NCBI GenBank assembly: GCA_040225955.1
Contig: JBECUL010000007.1
Coordinates: 1-64,000 of the forward strand
Source: Candidatus Asgardarchaeum abyssi
GTDB lineage: Archaea > Asgardarchaeota > Asgardarchaeia > Asgardarchaeales > Asgardarchaeaceae
Direction: 5' to 3'
DNA: 64,000 nucleotides
A program made the position numbers and the translations under genes. The notes below the pieces were generated by a model. That model was given only the letters and a program-made list of their open reading frames with translations, made no database searches and was not told where the DNA came from. Shown one piece after another: positions 50,141 through 58,402 of this stretch (the stretch's first letter is position 1; each line of letters begins with the position of its first letter).

Positions 50141-50206
50141 CTTAACATCACCCTATACAGAAGAATTTAATAATAGAATTTATTTTATATACTAGTAGAG
50201 GATATC

Positions 50207-50331
50207 GCCCACTCCACCCGGTCCTCTCCTCAAGAGCTTTAGCCGGAGAGGCTAGCGATGAGAAGAGGTGTCCTGGAGTGGGCACATGATGAGGCCCAGT
50301 AAGGCTTCATATAAGCCTTATCTGGGTCACA
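50207..50331 (+). ncRNA. H/ACA-like pseudouridylation guide RNA (two ACA-terminated hairpins)
   Basis: GC-rich island. Perfect 10-bp stem 50207-50216/50274-50283 followed by ACA (50284-50286), with an internal pocket and a K-turn-like GA/GA element. Second hairpin 50293-50328 followed by ACA (50329-50331). Confidence 0.78.
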
Positions 50332-50364
50332 TATTATTTATTCTTATGTAAAATTTTATTTGTA

Positions 50365-50766
50365 ATGTTAATATTACTTATGGGGATAGTCATGGAATCT
50401 AAATTTCTTATAAAGATTACTTTTATTGGTATAGGCGATGTGCTTTTTGAACTAAGGCGAATTTACGCTCCGAGAACAATAGATCATTTAGTAAATAAAT
50501 TACCTTTCAAGGGTAGAGCAATACCTCAAAGAAATACAATTAGTATACCTATAGGCCTTAAAATGAGTGTTGAAAAAGGACATACATTTGTAAAATCGGG
50601 AGATATAGCCTATTGGCCTCTGAATGATACATTAGTTATTTACATGGTTGATTCTAAAACATATAGCCCTGTTAATCTGCTTGGAAAATCAATGAATGAT
50701 ATTCTCGAAATTGGAAGAAAAATTAGAACAGGCACAATGGTTACTATAGAAGCTGTCAATAGCTAA
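50365..50766 (+). CDS. Cyclophilin-like fold protein (DUF369/TM1367-like)
   Basis: APRT...LP, GDIAYWP, SPVNLLGK. Likely start ATG 50392. Confidence 0.78.
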   Translation: MLILLMGIVMESKFLIKITFIGIGDVLFELRRIYAPRTIDHLVNKLPFKGRAIPQRNTISIPIGLKMSVEKGHTFVKSGDIAYWPLNDTLVIYMVDSKTYSPVNLLGKSMNDILEIGRKIRTGTMVTIEAVNS

Positions 50767-50802
50767 TCAAAACATAATAACGGGAAAATTTTCAAGCTTA
50801 CC

Positions 50803-51333
50803 CTATTCCACTACAACTTCTGTTTTTTTGTTTTTCTTTAACTCTGGAATTATTATTAGACCCTCGCCATCAGATTCAACAATAGCTCCTATTCCCGTAG
50901 AATAAACCCTAGTAATTCTATGTGGTACTTCAGCTCTGATCTCAACTTTTTTAACTGGTAGCTTTATTCTCTCAAATTTTGTTTCTTTTATAGCCTCAAC
51001 AGTAATTCCCTTTCTAACACTTTCGAGTTCTTGCTGTAGTTGTGCTATCTTTAATGTTAACGTTTCTTTTTCCTCTTTTAGTTTCTCAACAAGATCTACT
51101 AACTGTGATATCTTTTTAGATGGTTCGGGCAAGGATTCCATCCAATATAATCTTGACCCGCCTTTCTCCCTTTTAACTTTAATAAGATTTGCAGCACTAA
51201 ATACTGCAATTATATCATATATCCTTCTTCTCGGAATTCCCAATTTCTGAATTAATTCGTTGCTATGGATACCTTCTGGTCCTGATTCCTGAAGAATCTT
51301 TATAGCTCTTGCTGCGATTTCATATAACTTCAT
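50803..51333 (-). CDS. E2F/DP-like winged-helix protein with leucine zipper
   Basis: ILQESGPEGIHSNELIQKLGIPRRRIYDIIAVFSAANLIK...LYW, then a heptad coiled coil. Start ATG 51333 behind GAGGTG. Confidence 0.78.
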   Translation of the reverse strand: MKLYEIAARAIKILQESGPEGIHSNELIQKLGIPRRRIYDIIAVFSAANLIKVKREKGGSRLYWMESLPEPSKKISQLVDLVEKLKEEKETLTLKIAQLQQELESVRKGITVEAIKETKFERIKLPVKKVEIRAEVPHRITRVYSTGIGAIVESDGEGLIIIPELKKNKKTEVVVE

Positions 51334-51518
51334 TCCATGCACCTCTGCTGGCGCCTTAATTAAATAATCACTAATAAAATTATCTGATTATATATTTATT
51401 TTTCGAATTTGATAATCTTTTTCATAACAGTTAGTATAATATCTGTAATCTTTTTATATTTTAAATATTTCCTTTATTTAACCGACTTAAATCAAAAATC
51501 AAGAAAACTTAAAGAGCC

Positions 51519-51848
51519 TTAATCTCTTTCTCTAACAATCCGAAAAATTCCATTTTTACTATTAAGAATTCTAAATCCAAATTTACTATACCATCTTATT
51601 CTTTCAGAAAATGTCTCAACATATATATTTTTCTGGTTGAATCTGCTAAGAATTTTAAGTAGCAACATGGTTCCAATGCCATTTCCTCTGTACTCTCTTG
51701 AAACATTAATGTATTTGATTTCTACAAAGTTATCATATTCATATATAATTGCGTTTGCAATTATAGAAATTTCTTCTTTATCAAGCAAATTAAACATCCA
51801 TTCTTTATATTCATTATTTTCCCTCAGTAATTTTTGCCTTAAAATCAT
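51519..51848 (-). CDS. GNAT-family acetyltransferase
   Basis: INVSREYRGNGIGT, WYSKFGF. Confidence 0.82.
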   Translation of the reverse strand: MILRQKLLRENNEYKEWMFNLLDKEEISIIANAIIYEYDNFVEIKYINVSREYRGNGIGTMLLLKILSRFNQKNIYVETFSERIRWYSKFGFRILNSKNGIFRIVRERD

Positions 51849-51970
51849 TGCAAATCACCTAAATATAGCGGCTTAAAGAAAACAGAATGATTTATAAATC
51901 TTATCTAAATTTAAAGAATGGAAATACTAAGATACGAAAAAATATACATGAGAAATAACTCTAATTTATA

Positions 51971-53293
51971 ATGGAAATTGAGGAGATACATCAAATGAAT
52001 GTAAAAATAGCATTTCTTGGCGGAGCTAGAGAAGTAGGAGCATCAGCAGTAGAGGTAACAGCTAACGGAGAGTCTATTCTCTTAGACTTTGGTGTAAGGC
52101 TTAGAAGTGAAAATCCTCTCCCCTTAATTATCAATGGGGACAAATTAAAAGCAGCTATAATAACCCATGCTCACCTGGATCATTCTGGAGCTATACCATT
52201 TCTTGCGAAGAAATATCCTCATGTTAAAATAATCTCTTCCGATCTAACAATGGAACTATTTAAAATCTTAATAAACGACATGTTAAATCTATATAGAAAA
52301 CGGTACCCTTTTGGGTTTAAGGATGCTAAAAAAGCATATAAAAAGGCCAAGAGAATAGCATTTTATGAAACATACGTCCTTAATGATTTTCAGATAGAGT
52401 TACTACATGCAGGACATATCCCAGGATCGGGATCAATATATCTAACTATTGATAAGGATCTAAAGATTTGGTATTCTGGTGATATTAATACCTATAGAAC
52501 ATTACTTTTAAACCCCGCAAGTAAAATAATCCCCGAAAGCGATATTATAATTATCGAATCAACATATGCTTTAAGGAATCATCCTCCTCGAGAGGATGTT
52601 GAAAGAGAGTTTATTGAATCCCTAAAAGAGTGTATTGAAAGAGGAGGCATTGCTCTTGTTCCAGCGTTTTCAGTTGCTCGCGCTCAGGAAGTACTAAGTA
52701 TTTTAACAAAATACAATTTTCCTTATCCTATAGTACTTGATGGTATGGCTAGAAGAATAAGTGAAATCATCCTACGATATCCCGAATATATAAGGGATGT
52801 GGCTCTTTATAAGAAGGCTATTAACAGAGCATATTGGATTGAAGATCCTAAAGAGAGAAAACATATGATTGTAGAGCCGAAAGTTATAGTTTCTCCAGCT
52901 GGAATGTTGCAAGGAGGATCTGCAGAATACTATGCAAAACACATTTATTCCGATGAAAATAGTGGAATATTTCTGGTGGGTTATCAAATTCCTGGAACCA
53001 GCGGATATAGGCTTCTAAATGAAAGGAAAATAAGAGTAGGTAATAAATTGAAAAAAGTTAAGGCTGAAATCAAATCATTTGAATTGTCCTCGCATACAGA
53101 CCGCAGACATTTGTTTGAAATGCTTAAAAAAGTTAATGGTTCACCACTTGTATTCGTAATGCATGGAGATCCCGAAAGTTGCATTCAATTTGCATATGAC
53201 ATTAAAAATGAAATAGGATTAAATGCCATTGCTCCTCAAAATGGACAATTTTTTTCGATAAGTAAAGGTGTTTTGCAAGGTGATTTACAATGA
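51971..53293 (+). CDS. MBL/beta-CASP ribonuclease (aCPSF2-like, no KH domains)
   Basis: GGAREVGAS, THAHLDHSG, AGHIPGS, SGD, ESTY, SSHTD, MHGD. Confidence 0.9.
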   Translation: MEIEEIHQMNVKIAFLGGAREVGASAVEVTANGESILLDFGVRLRSENPLPLIINGDKLKAAIITHAHLDHSGAIPFLAKKYPHVKIISSDLTMELFKILINDMLNLYRKRYPFGFKDAKKAYKKAKRIAFYETYVLNDFQIELLHAGHIPGSGSIYLTIDKDLKIWYSGDINTYRTLLLNPASKIIPESDIIIIESTYALRNHPPREDVEREFIESLKECIERGGIALVPAFSVARAQEVLSILTKYNFPYPIVLDGMARRISEIILRYPEYIRDVALYKKAINRAYWIEDPKERKHMIVEPKVIVSPAGMLQGGSAEYYAKHIYSDENSGIFLVGYQIPGTSGYRLLNERKIRVGNKLKKVKAEIKSFELSSHTDRRHLFEMLKKVNGSPLVFVMHGDPESCIQFAYDIKNEIGLNAIAPQNGQFFSISKGVLQGDLQ

Positions 53294-53646
53294 AGCGATC
53301 TATGTTTTTGATGTTTATGGGAATGCTTTTAATAATAGTTGGTTCTGTATTAATATTTTTAGGCGAATTTGCAGGTGGACAATTCTCTGGGGTTATAATT
53401 ATTTTCCCCTTTGTTTTCCTAATAGGCGAAGATGTATCGTCAAGCTTGCTATTCATAATAGTTGCTATTGTAATCGTCTTTCTAATCCTTTTTCTATTAC
53501 CAGCTATGTTCTTTAAATATCAAGTTAGAGATTTATCCGACATAGGTATGTCATATATAAGATGTCCTAGTTGCGGATCTATAGTACCATCTTCATATAG
53601 ATATTGCCCTATTTGTGGAGAGGAATTAAGTGCTCATACTGTATAA
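53290..53646 (+). CDS. Small membrane protein (DUF131-like) with C-terminal zinc ribbon
   Basis: Hydrophobic segments, SGVIIIFP, CPSCG...YCPICG; ATGA overlap with the upstream gene. Confidence 0.75.
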   Translation: MKRSMFLMFMGMLLIIVGSVLIFLGEFAGGQFSGVIIIFPFVFLIGEDVSSSLLFIIVAIVIVFLILFLLPAMFFKYQVRDLSDIGMSYIRCPSCGSIVPSSYRYCPICGEELSAHTV

Positions 53647-53768
53647 GCAATAATAGAATTTATTATTAAAAAATAATTTTTTAATAATAAATTTAACTTT
53701 AAAATGAATATTCAAAATATTCTTTATATTCTTTAAGTTAATAAAAAATTATAGTGGGTGTTTTATAT

Positions 53769-53921
53769 ATGGCAGGTCAACAATTTGGAATGGATTATAT
53801 GCTTCTGTTGTTGTTATGGTTAATCATTCCAATATTAATTATAACATTACAAGGGCTTAGGGCAAAGTACCGAGCTTGGATTGAAGCTAGACGGTTAAAA
53901 GAGATTGAGAGCAGTCCATAA
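53769..53921 (+). CDS. 50-aa single-TM small protein
   Basis: My translation: MAGQQFGMDYMLLLLLWLIIPILIITLQGLRAKYRAWIEARRLKEIESSP*. GGGTG SD. Below the ORF-track cutoff. Confidence 0.6.
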   Translation: MAGQQFGMDYMLLLLLWLIIPILIITLQGLRAKYRAWIEARRLKEIESSP

Positions 53922-53942
53922 ACAAATGTAATCCTATTTACC

Positions 53943-54084
53943 TGCTTTGTTGACCAAAACATTGTTATATTGAAGTTATGAAATCGGAATTTAGAGCAAG
54001 TTATTATGATATCGCATATAACACATTTATCAGCGATACTATTATAACATTACGCAACCATTCATTGAATTGTTCAACAAAGCA
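53943..54084. mobile_element. 142-bp MITE with IS903-like TIRs and an 8-bp target-site duplication
   Basis: Left end TGCTTTGTTGACCAA, right end TTGTTCAACAAAGCA (14/15 inverted match). Flanked by TATTTACC at 53935-53942 and 54085-54092. Right TIR is identical to 187-201. Confidence 0.9.
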
Positions 54085-54093
54085 TATTTACCC

Positions 54094-54106
54094 AAAAATT
54101 TATAAT
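54094..54106 (+). promoter_or_regulatory. BRE/TATA upstream of the Roadblock gene
   Basis: AAAAA followed by TTTATAAT, ~45 nt before ATG 54152. Confidence 0.6.
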
Positions 54107-54151
54107 TAACCATCTAATAAATTTTGGTTAATGTCCTAAGAGGGAAATAAT

Positions 54152-54526
54152 ATGCCATTAGAATTTGATAATCTTCAGCGCGCTCTTGAAGATTTTGTAT
54201 ATACATATGGTTTTCTAGCAAGCGTGGTTTCAACTAGTGATGGACTTGTAGTGGCTTCCGCTATTAAAGAAGGTCTGGATCAAAATCTTGCTGCAGCTTT
54301 ATCCGCACTGGTCGATCAGACTATTGATAGAGTAAAAAATGATCTTAAATTAGGTAATGTTAAACACTTTTTAATTGAAGCAGAATTAGGAATTTTAATT
54401 TTTAAGAAGATAATCATTAATGAAGAACCTATATTATTAACAGTTCTAGCTCCCAAAAGTATGCGCTACTTTAAAAGAAAATTAAATAGAATTTCTAAAT
54501 CTATTATTAACTTTCTATCGCCATAG
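54152..54526 (+). CDS. Roadblock/LC7 (MglB-like) protein
   Basis: SVVSTSDGLVVAS...LAAALSAL...LGNVKHFLIEAELG. Confidence 0.88.
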   Translation: MPLEFDNLQRALEDFVYTYGFLASVVSTSDGLVVASAIKEGLDQNLAAALSALVDQTIDRVKNDLKLGNVKHFLIEAELGILIFKKIIINEEPILLTVLAPKSMRYFKRKLNRISKSIINFLSP

Positions 54527-54535
54527 TGATGGATA

Positions 54536-55285
54536 ATGATTTTTTCTCCGAGATTGAATCTTTTCTTTAAATTATTATTTTCTGAGAGTAGTAGTAAGGA
54601 TTATCCGTTGTTTCTTTCGTTTGAAGTTCTTTCTAAATTTTTCGATGAGGATGACTTAAAGAAAATTAAAAATGACATAGAAACGATTTCTGATGGTCGT
54701 ATTAGAGCATCCCTACGTGACGATGGTTTTTATCTATTTTATCCTTTCTTTGATATAGTATTTCTTCTTCTTGAGAAAGGCTATCCCTACACTGAGTTAT
54801 CATATATGCTTGACTGGCGCGATTTCGAAAGATATGTAGCTAATATTTTTATGAAGATTGGTTTTGAAACAGTTCTAAACTTTCATTTTTCCTATAACCA
54901 AGTTAGAAGAGAGATTGATATTCTTGCAAAAATAGATAATACATTGTTATGCATTGATGCTAAGCATTGGAAAAAAGGCGTGTTGGAATCAAAATTAAAA
55001 ATTCTTGCGACTCAACAAAAAGATCGCTGTTCACTTTTAGCTGAATATATTAGTAAGTGTCGTAAAAATATAGATTCTATATTTTCATCAAATTATGTAC
55101 ACTCTAAATTACATATTTTCCCCTTAATTATAACTTTATATAGGACGAAATATTGTATAATTGAAAAGATTCCCATAGTCCCTGCAAATCTTTTAAAGCA
55201 ATTTCCCACTTGGTTTGATATTAATAAATATTCTCTTTGGCATATATCCATAATGATTAATAAGAAATCTAAAAATAACTGGTGA
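54536..55285 (+). CDS. Mrr-like/NERD PD-(D/E)XK endonuclease-domain protein
   Basis: LDWRDFERYVA..F...G, REIDILA, CIDAKHW. Confidence 0.8.
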   Translation: MIFSPRLNLFFKLLFSESSSKDYPLFLSFEVLSKFFDEDDLKKIKNDIETISDGRIRASLRDDGFYLFYPFFDIVFLLLEKGYPYTELSYMLDWRDFERYVANIFMKIGFETVLNFHFSYNQVRREIDILAKIDNTLLCIDAKHWKKGVLESKLKILATQQKDRCSLLAEYISKCRKNIDSIFSSNYVHSKLHIFPLIITLYRTKYCIIEKIPIVPANLLKQFPTWFDINKYSLWHISIMINKKSKNNW

Positions 55286-55881
55286 TTATGATGGCAAATA
55301 TTGGTGATTTAGAAATTCAGCTTGGACGAATGCCAGTAAAAATTGCTGCTATCATGTCAGAAGCTAAAACCCAAATATATAATGCTATGAGAGTGCTTTT
55401 AAAAGAATATACATCTAGCCAAGAAAATCTGTACCTTCAAGAAGAGCAAATAGATAAATGTCAACATTTCTTAGATAGCATCATCGAGATTATAAATAAA
55501 ACATTAGATAATACTACAATTCAGATAGTTACTTTAGTCCAAAGTTCTAATAGCAGAGTGATAGAAATTTTTAATCAACTATCAAGTTATAAATCGGTTG
55601 AAGAGTTATTTGAGAAATTAAATAGAGAGATAAAAGAATGCAAAATTGAAAACGAGAGGCTAAGGGGACTTCTCATTCAAAAATCTGACTTTTTTAAAAT
55701 ATTATCTATAGTTGAGGAGAGAAAGAGTTTAACAAAATCAGAGTTGTTGACCATTACAGGCTTGTCTAATAAGAAAATATCTAGAGTTTTAAAAGAACTA
55801 GAAGGAGAAGGGTATATTAAAATAGATAAATCACGCAGACCTTACCGTATTATATTTTTAAAGTCTCCTTGGAGGATTTAG
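55282..55881 (+). CDS. Coiled-coil protein with C-terminal winged HTH
   Basis: LTKSELLTITGLSNKKISRVLKELEGEGYIK. Confidence 0.75.
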   Translation: MIMMANIGDLEIQLGRMPVKIAAIMSEAKTQIYNAMRVLLKEYTSSQENLYLQEEQIDKCQHFLDSIIEIINKTLDNTTIQIVTLVQSSNSRVIEIFNQLSSYKSVEELFEKLNREIKECKIENERLRGLLIQKSDFFKILSIVEERKSLTKSELLTITGLSNKKISRVLKELEGEGYIKIDKSRRPYRIIFLKSPWRI

Positions 55882-55882
55882 T

Positions 55883-56785
55883 ATGAAAATAGGTATTATA
55901 TATAAGGTCCTTGATTTTAAGGAAACTCCCTGGCCTATAGAACAACTTAAGAAATCAATATTTTGTCAAGGTCACACGCCTCTTATTATTGACATTAATA
56001 GAATATACTCCTATATTGGATTTGAAAAACATGGTGTTTGGTATGGCGAAATAAACTTATCAAAAGAACTTTCTGGTGGGTTTTTGAGATCCTTTGGGCG
56101 TGGAAGTTGTGATGCTATAACGTATAGAATTAGTGCCATGGAACAATTAGAAGTAGATGGTGTTTACTTAATGAACTCTACATATAATTTTAGAAAGGCT
56201 AAGGATAAATATGCAGCTCTCTTTCATCTATACTCTCATGGAATTCCTGTTCCTAGGACTTTTATTACAAGAGATTTTGATTCTGCAATATGTGCTATCC
56301 AGTCAGAGTTTAAAGACTTTGTTGTAAAACCTCTTATTGGTTCTCGTGGATTAGGGAGTCTTCATATTTCAAATTTTGACCTAGCTTATGAGGCAATAAA
56401 AACTCTAGATAAACTTAATAAGGTATTCTACATTCAAGAGTTTATTGACAAGCCGGAACGTGACATCCGAGTGTTAGTATTAGGCGACCAAGTTGTAAAC
56501 GGTATGTATCGTGTTGCATCAAGTGACTCTTGGAAAACTAACATTTCCCTGGGGGCTGAACCTAAACCCCTAAAAATTACAGCAGAGCTTGAAGAATTAG
56601 CCATAAAAGCAACAAAAATTTTAGGTTTGGATTATGCAGGTGTTGATATTATTGAAACAAAAAATAGTGGTTATCTAGTACTTGAAGTTAATGCGGCTCC
56701 ATCGTGGGAGGGATTACAAAAAGTAACCCCCTTTTCTATTTCGGATAAAATTGTTAATTACTTGTTAGATAAATTAAAAAGATAA
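55883..56785 (+). CDS. RimK-family ATP-grasp amino-acid ligase
   Basis: DK, IPVPRT, VVKPLIGSRGLG, QEFI, DIRV, WKTN, GVD, LEVN. Confidence 0.9.
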   Translation: MKIGIIYKVLDFKETPWPIEQLKKSIFCQGHTPLIIDINRIYSYIGFEKHGVWYGEINLSKELSGGFLRSFGRGSCDAITYRISAMEQLEVDGVYLMNSTYNFRKAKDKYAALFHLYSHGIPVPRTFITRDFDSAICAIQSEFKDFVVKPLIGSRGLGSLHISNFDLAYEAIKTLDKLNKVFYIQEFIDKPERDIRVLVLGDQVVNGMYRVASSDSWKTNISLGAEPKPLKITAELEELAIKATKILGLDYAGVDIIETKNSGYLVLEVNAAPSWEGLQKVTPFSISDKIVNYLLDKLKR

Positions 56786-56826
56786 ATCTAATATATTCTA
56801 GCAATACACATTTCACAATAGGTGGT

Positions 56827-57312
56827 TTGATGTCTAAAAAAATCAGAATCAGAGGGATTCTCTCACGGAAAAGAAAGGTTGCACTGTTCGTAGATGGTCC
56901 AAACATTTTAAGAAAAGACTTTAATATTCGTCTTGAAGATCTATTGGAGTTAGCTTCTAAATATGGAAAGGTTAGCATTGCCAAGGTTTATCTTAATCCT
57001 CATGCTCCGAAAAAACTTACTGAAGCTATTTCAAATAGCGGATTAACTCCTGAAATCGTTACAAGCGATATTCATATAAAAATGGCTGTTGATGCAATTT
57101 CTTTGATCCTAAAAGGGAAAATTGACATATTAACTATTGCTAGTAGGCATGCAAGATGTGTACCTATATTAAGACGAGCGAAAGAGCTTGGTATTGAGAC
57201 TGTTGTTATTGGTTTTAATCCAGGATTTAGTGTAGCACTTAAGAACACAGCAGATCATTCTGAAGAATTAAAGATATCTCCCCCCTCATCTCATAACATC
57301 CATCAGAAGTAA
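56827..57312 (+). CDS. NYN/PIN-domain protein (TIGR00288-like) with an altered active site
   Basis: ALFVDGPNI, AKELG.ETVVIG..PGFS.AL...AD; SDIH and RHARC where DxD and RDADF are usual. Confidence 0.8.
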   Translation: MMSKKIRIRGILSRKRKVALFVDGPNILRKDFNIRLEDLLELASKYGKVSIAKVYLNPHAPKKLTEAISNSGLTPEIVTSDIHIKMAVDAISLILKGKIDILTIASRHARCVPILRRAKELGIETVVIGFNPGFSVALKNTADHSEELKISPPSSHNIHQK

Positions 57313-57379
57313 ACATTATATTAGTAAGAGCTAAACAGAAATGTTATATAAGATAAAAAACAGGAAATAAAATTCATTA

Positions 57380-58093
57380 TTACTCTCCCTTTAATATGAT
57401 TCTTGCATCTACCACCTTTATTCCGTTTCTATAAGTCATGATTGGGTTTAAGTCCAATTCTTTTATTTCTTGATTCTCATAAAGTAATTTGCCCACATTA
57501 ACTAGTGCCTTTTTAATTTCTTCGATATCTACAGGCTCGGCTCCTCTATATCCAGTTAGTAATTTGTAGCCCTTTATCTCTTTTATCATTTCATCAGCTT
57601 CTCTTTCGTCTATTGGTGCCAACCTGAATGTGACATCTTTTAAGAGTTCGACCCATATTCCGCCTAAACCGAACATTATAACTGGTCCAAAAAATTGATC
57701 AAATAATCCACCAATTATTACTTCTAGTCCGTCTGGAGCAAATTCTTGTACTACAACACCTTCTATACGTGCATTGGGTACTCTGCTTTTTACATTATTC
57801 ATTATCTCTTCATAGGCTTTCCTTAATTCCTCCTCGTTTTTCAAGTTTACTTTTACTCCTCCTACATCACTTTTGTGAAGGATATCAGGAGAAAATATTT
57901 TCAGCACTACTGGAAAGCCTATCTCTTTTGCTTTTTCAATGGCCTCATCAACGTTTCTTGCAACATCAACTTTTACAACAGGAATATTATATGCAGCAAC
58001 AATTTTTTTAGATTCTATCTCATTAAGATAAATCCTACCCTCTTTTTTTGCTTTTTCAATAATATTTCTCACAGTATCGATATCTGTATGCAT
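57380..58093 (-). CDS. acdB: ADP-forming acyl-CoA synthetase beta subunit (ATP-grasp)
   Basis: IGFPVVLKI, HKSDVGGV, FGPVIMFGLGG, ELDLNP, DARI. Confidence 0.92.
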   Translation of the reverse strand: MHTDIDTVRNIIEKAKKEGRIYLNEIESKKIVAAYNIPVVKVDVARNVDEAIEKAKEIGFPVVLKIFSPDILHKSDVGGVKVNLKNEEELRKAYEEIMNNVKSRVPNARIEGVVVQEFAPDGLEVIIGGLFDQFFGPVIMFGLGGIWVELLKDVTFRLAPIDEREADEMIKEIKGYKLLTGYRGAEPVDIEEIKKALVNVGKLLYENQEIKELDLNPIMTYRNGIKVVDARIILKGE

Positions 58094-58402
58094 TCTTAAA
58101 ACCTCTTGACATTTTTCATACTTACAAAGATTGATTTAATAATTAAGTATTACGAAATTTTAGCGTAAAATAATTCACTAAAAGTAAAAAAATAGTTCAA
58201 TTTATCCAATAAATTAAAATGAAAAACATAAGCATAGTATACAATTTTAAATATCTTAACGCGCCAGAAAAGGGGCTATCAGCTATTTTTATTTCAGAAT
58301 TGGCATGATACTTAAGATCATTGTATTTCTAAATTTAGTGGATTAAATATCGCATAAAATTTAAAATACAAAAGAAAGGGAGTATTATATGGAGGTATTA
58401 GT

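Noticed and set aside
50286-50331. Stand-alone C/D box sRNA starting at ATGATGA
   Set aside because: No CTGA D box downstream, and the region folds as a closed hairpin ending in ACA.
50207-50331. tRNA, SRP or RNase P RNA as the explanation for the GC-rich island
   Set aside because: No cloverleaf or T-loop, and too short for SRP or RNase P RNA.
58094-58402. ORB-like CCAGAAAAGGGG at ~58264-58275
   Set aside because: Single, poorly matching copy with no adjacent initiator gene.
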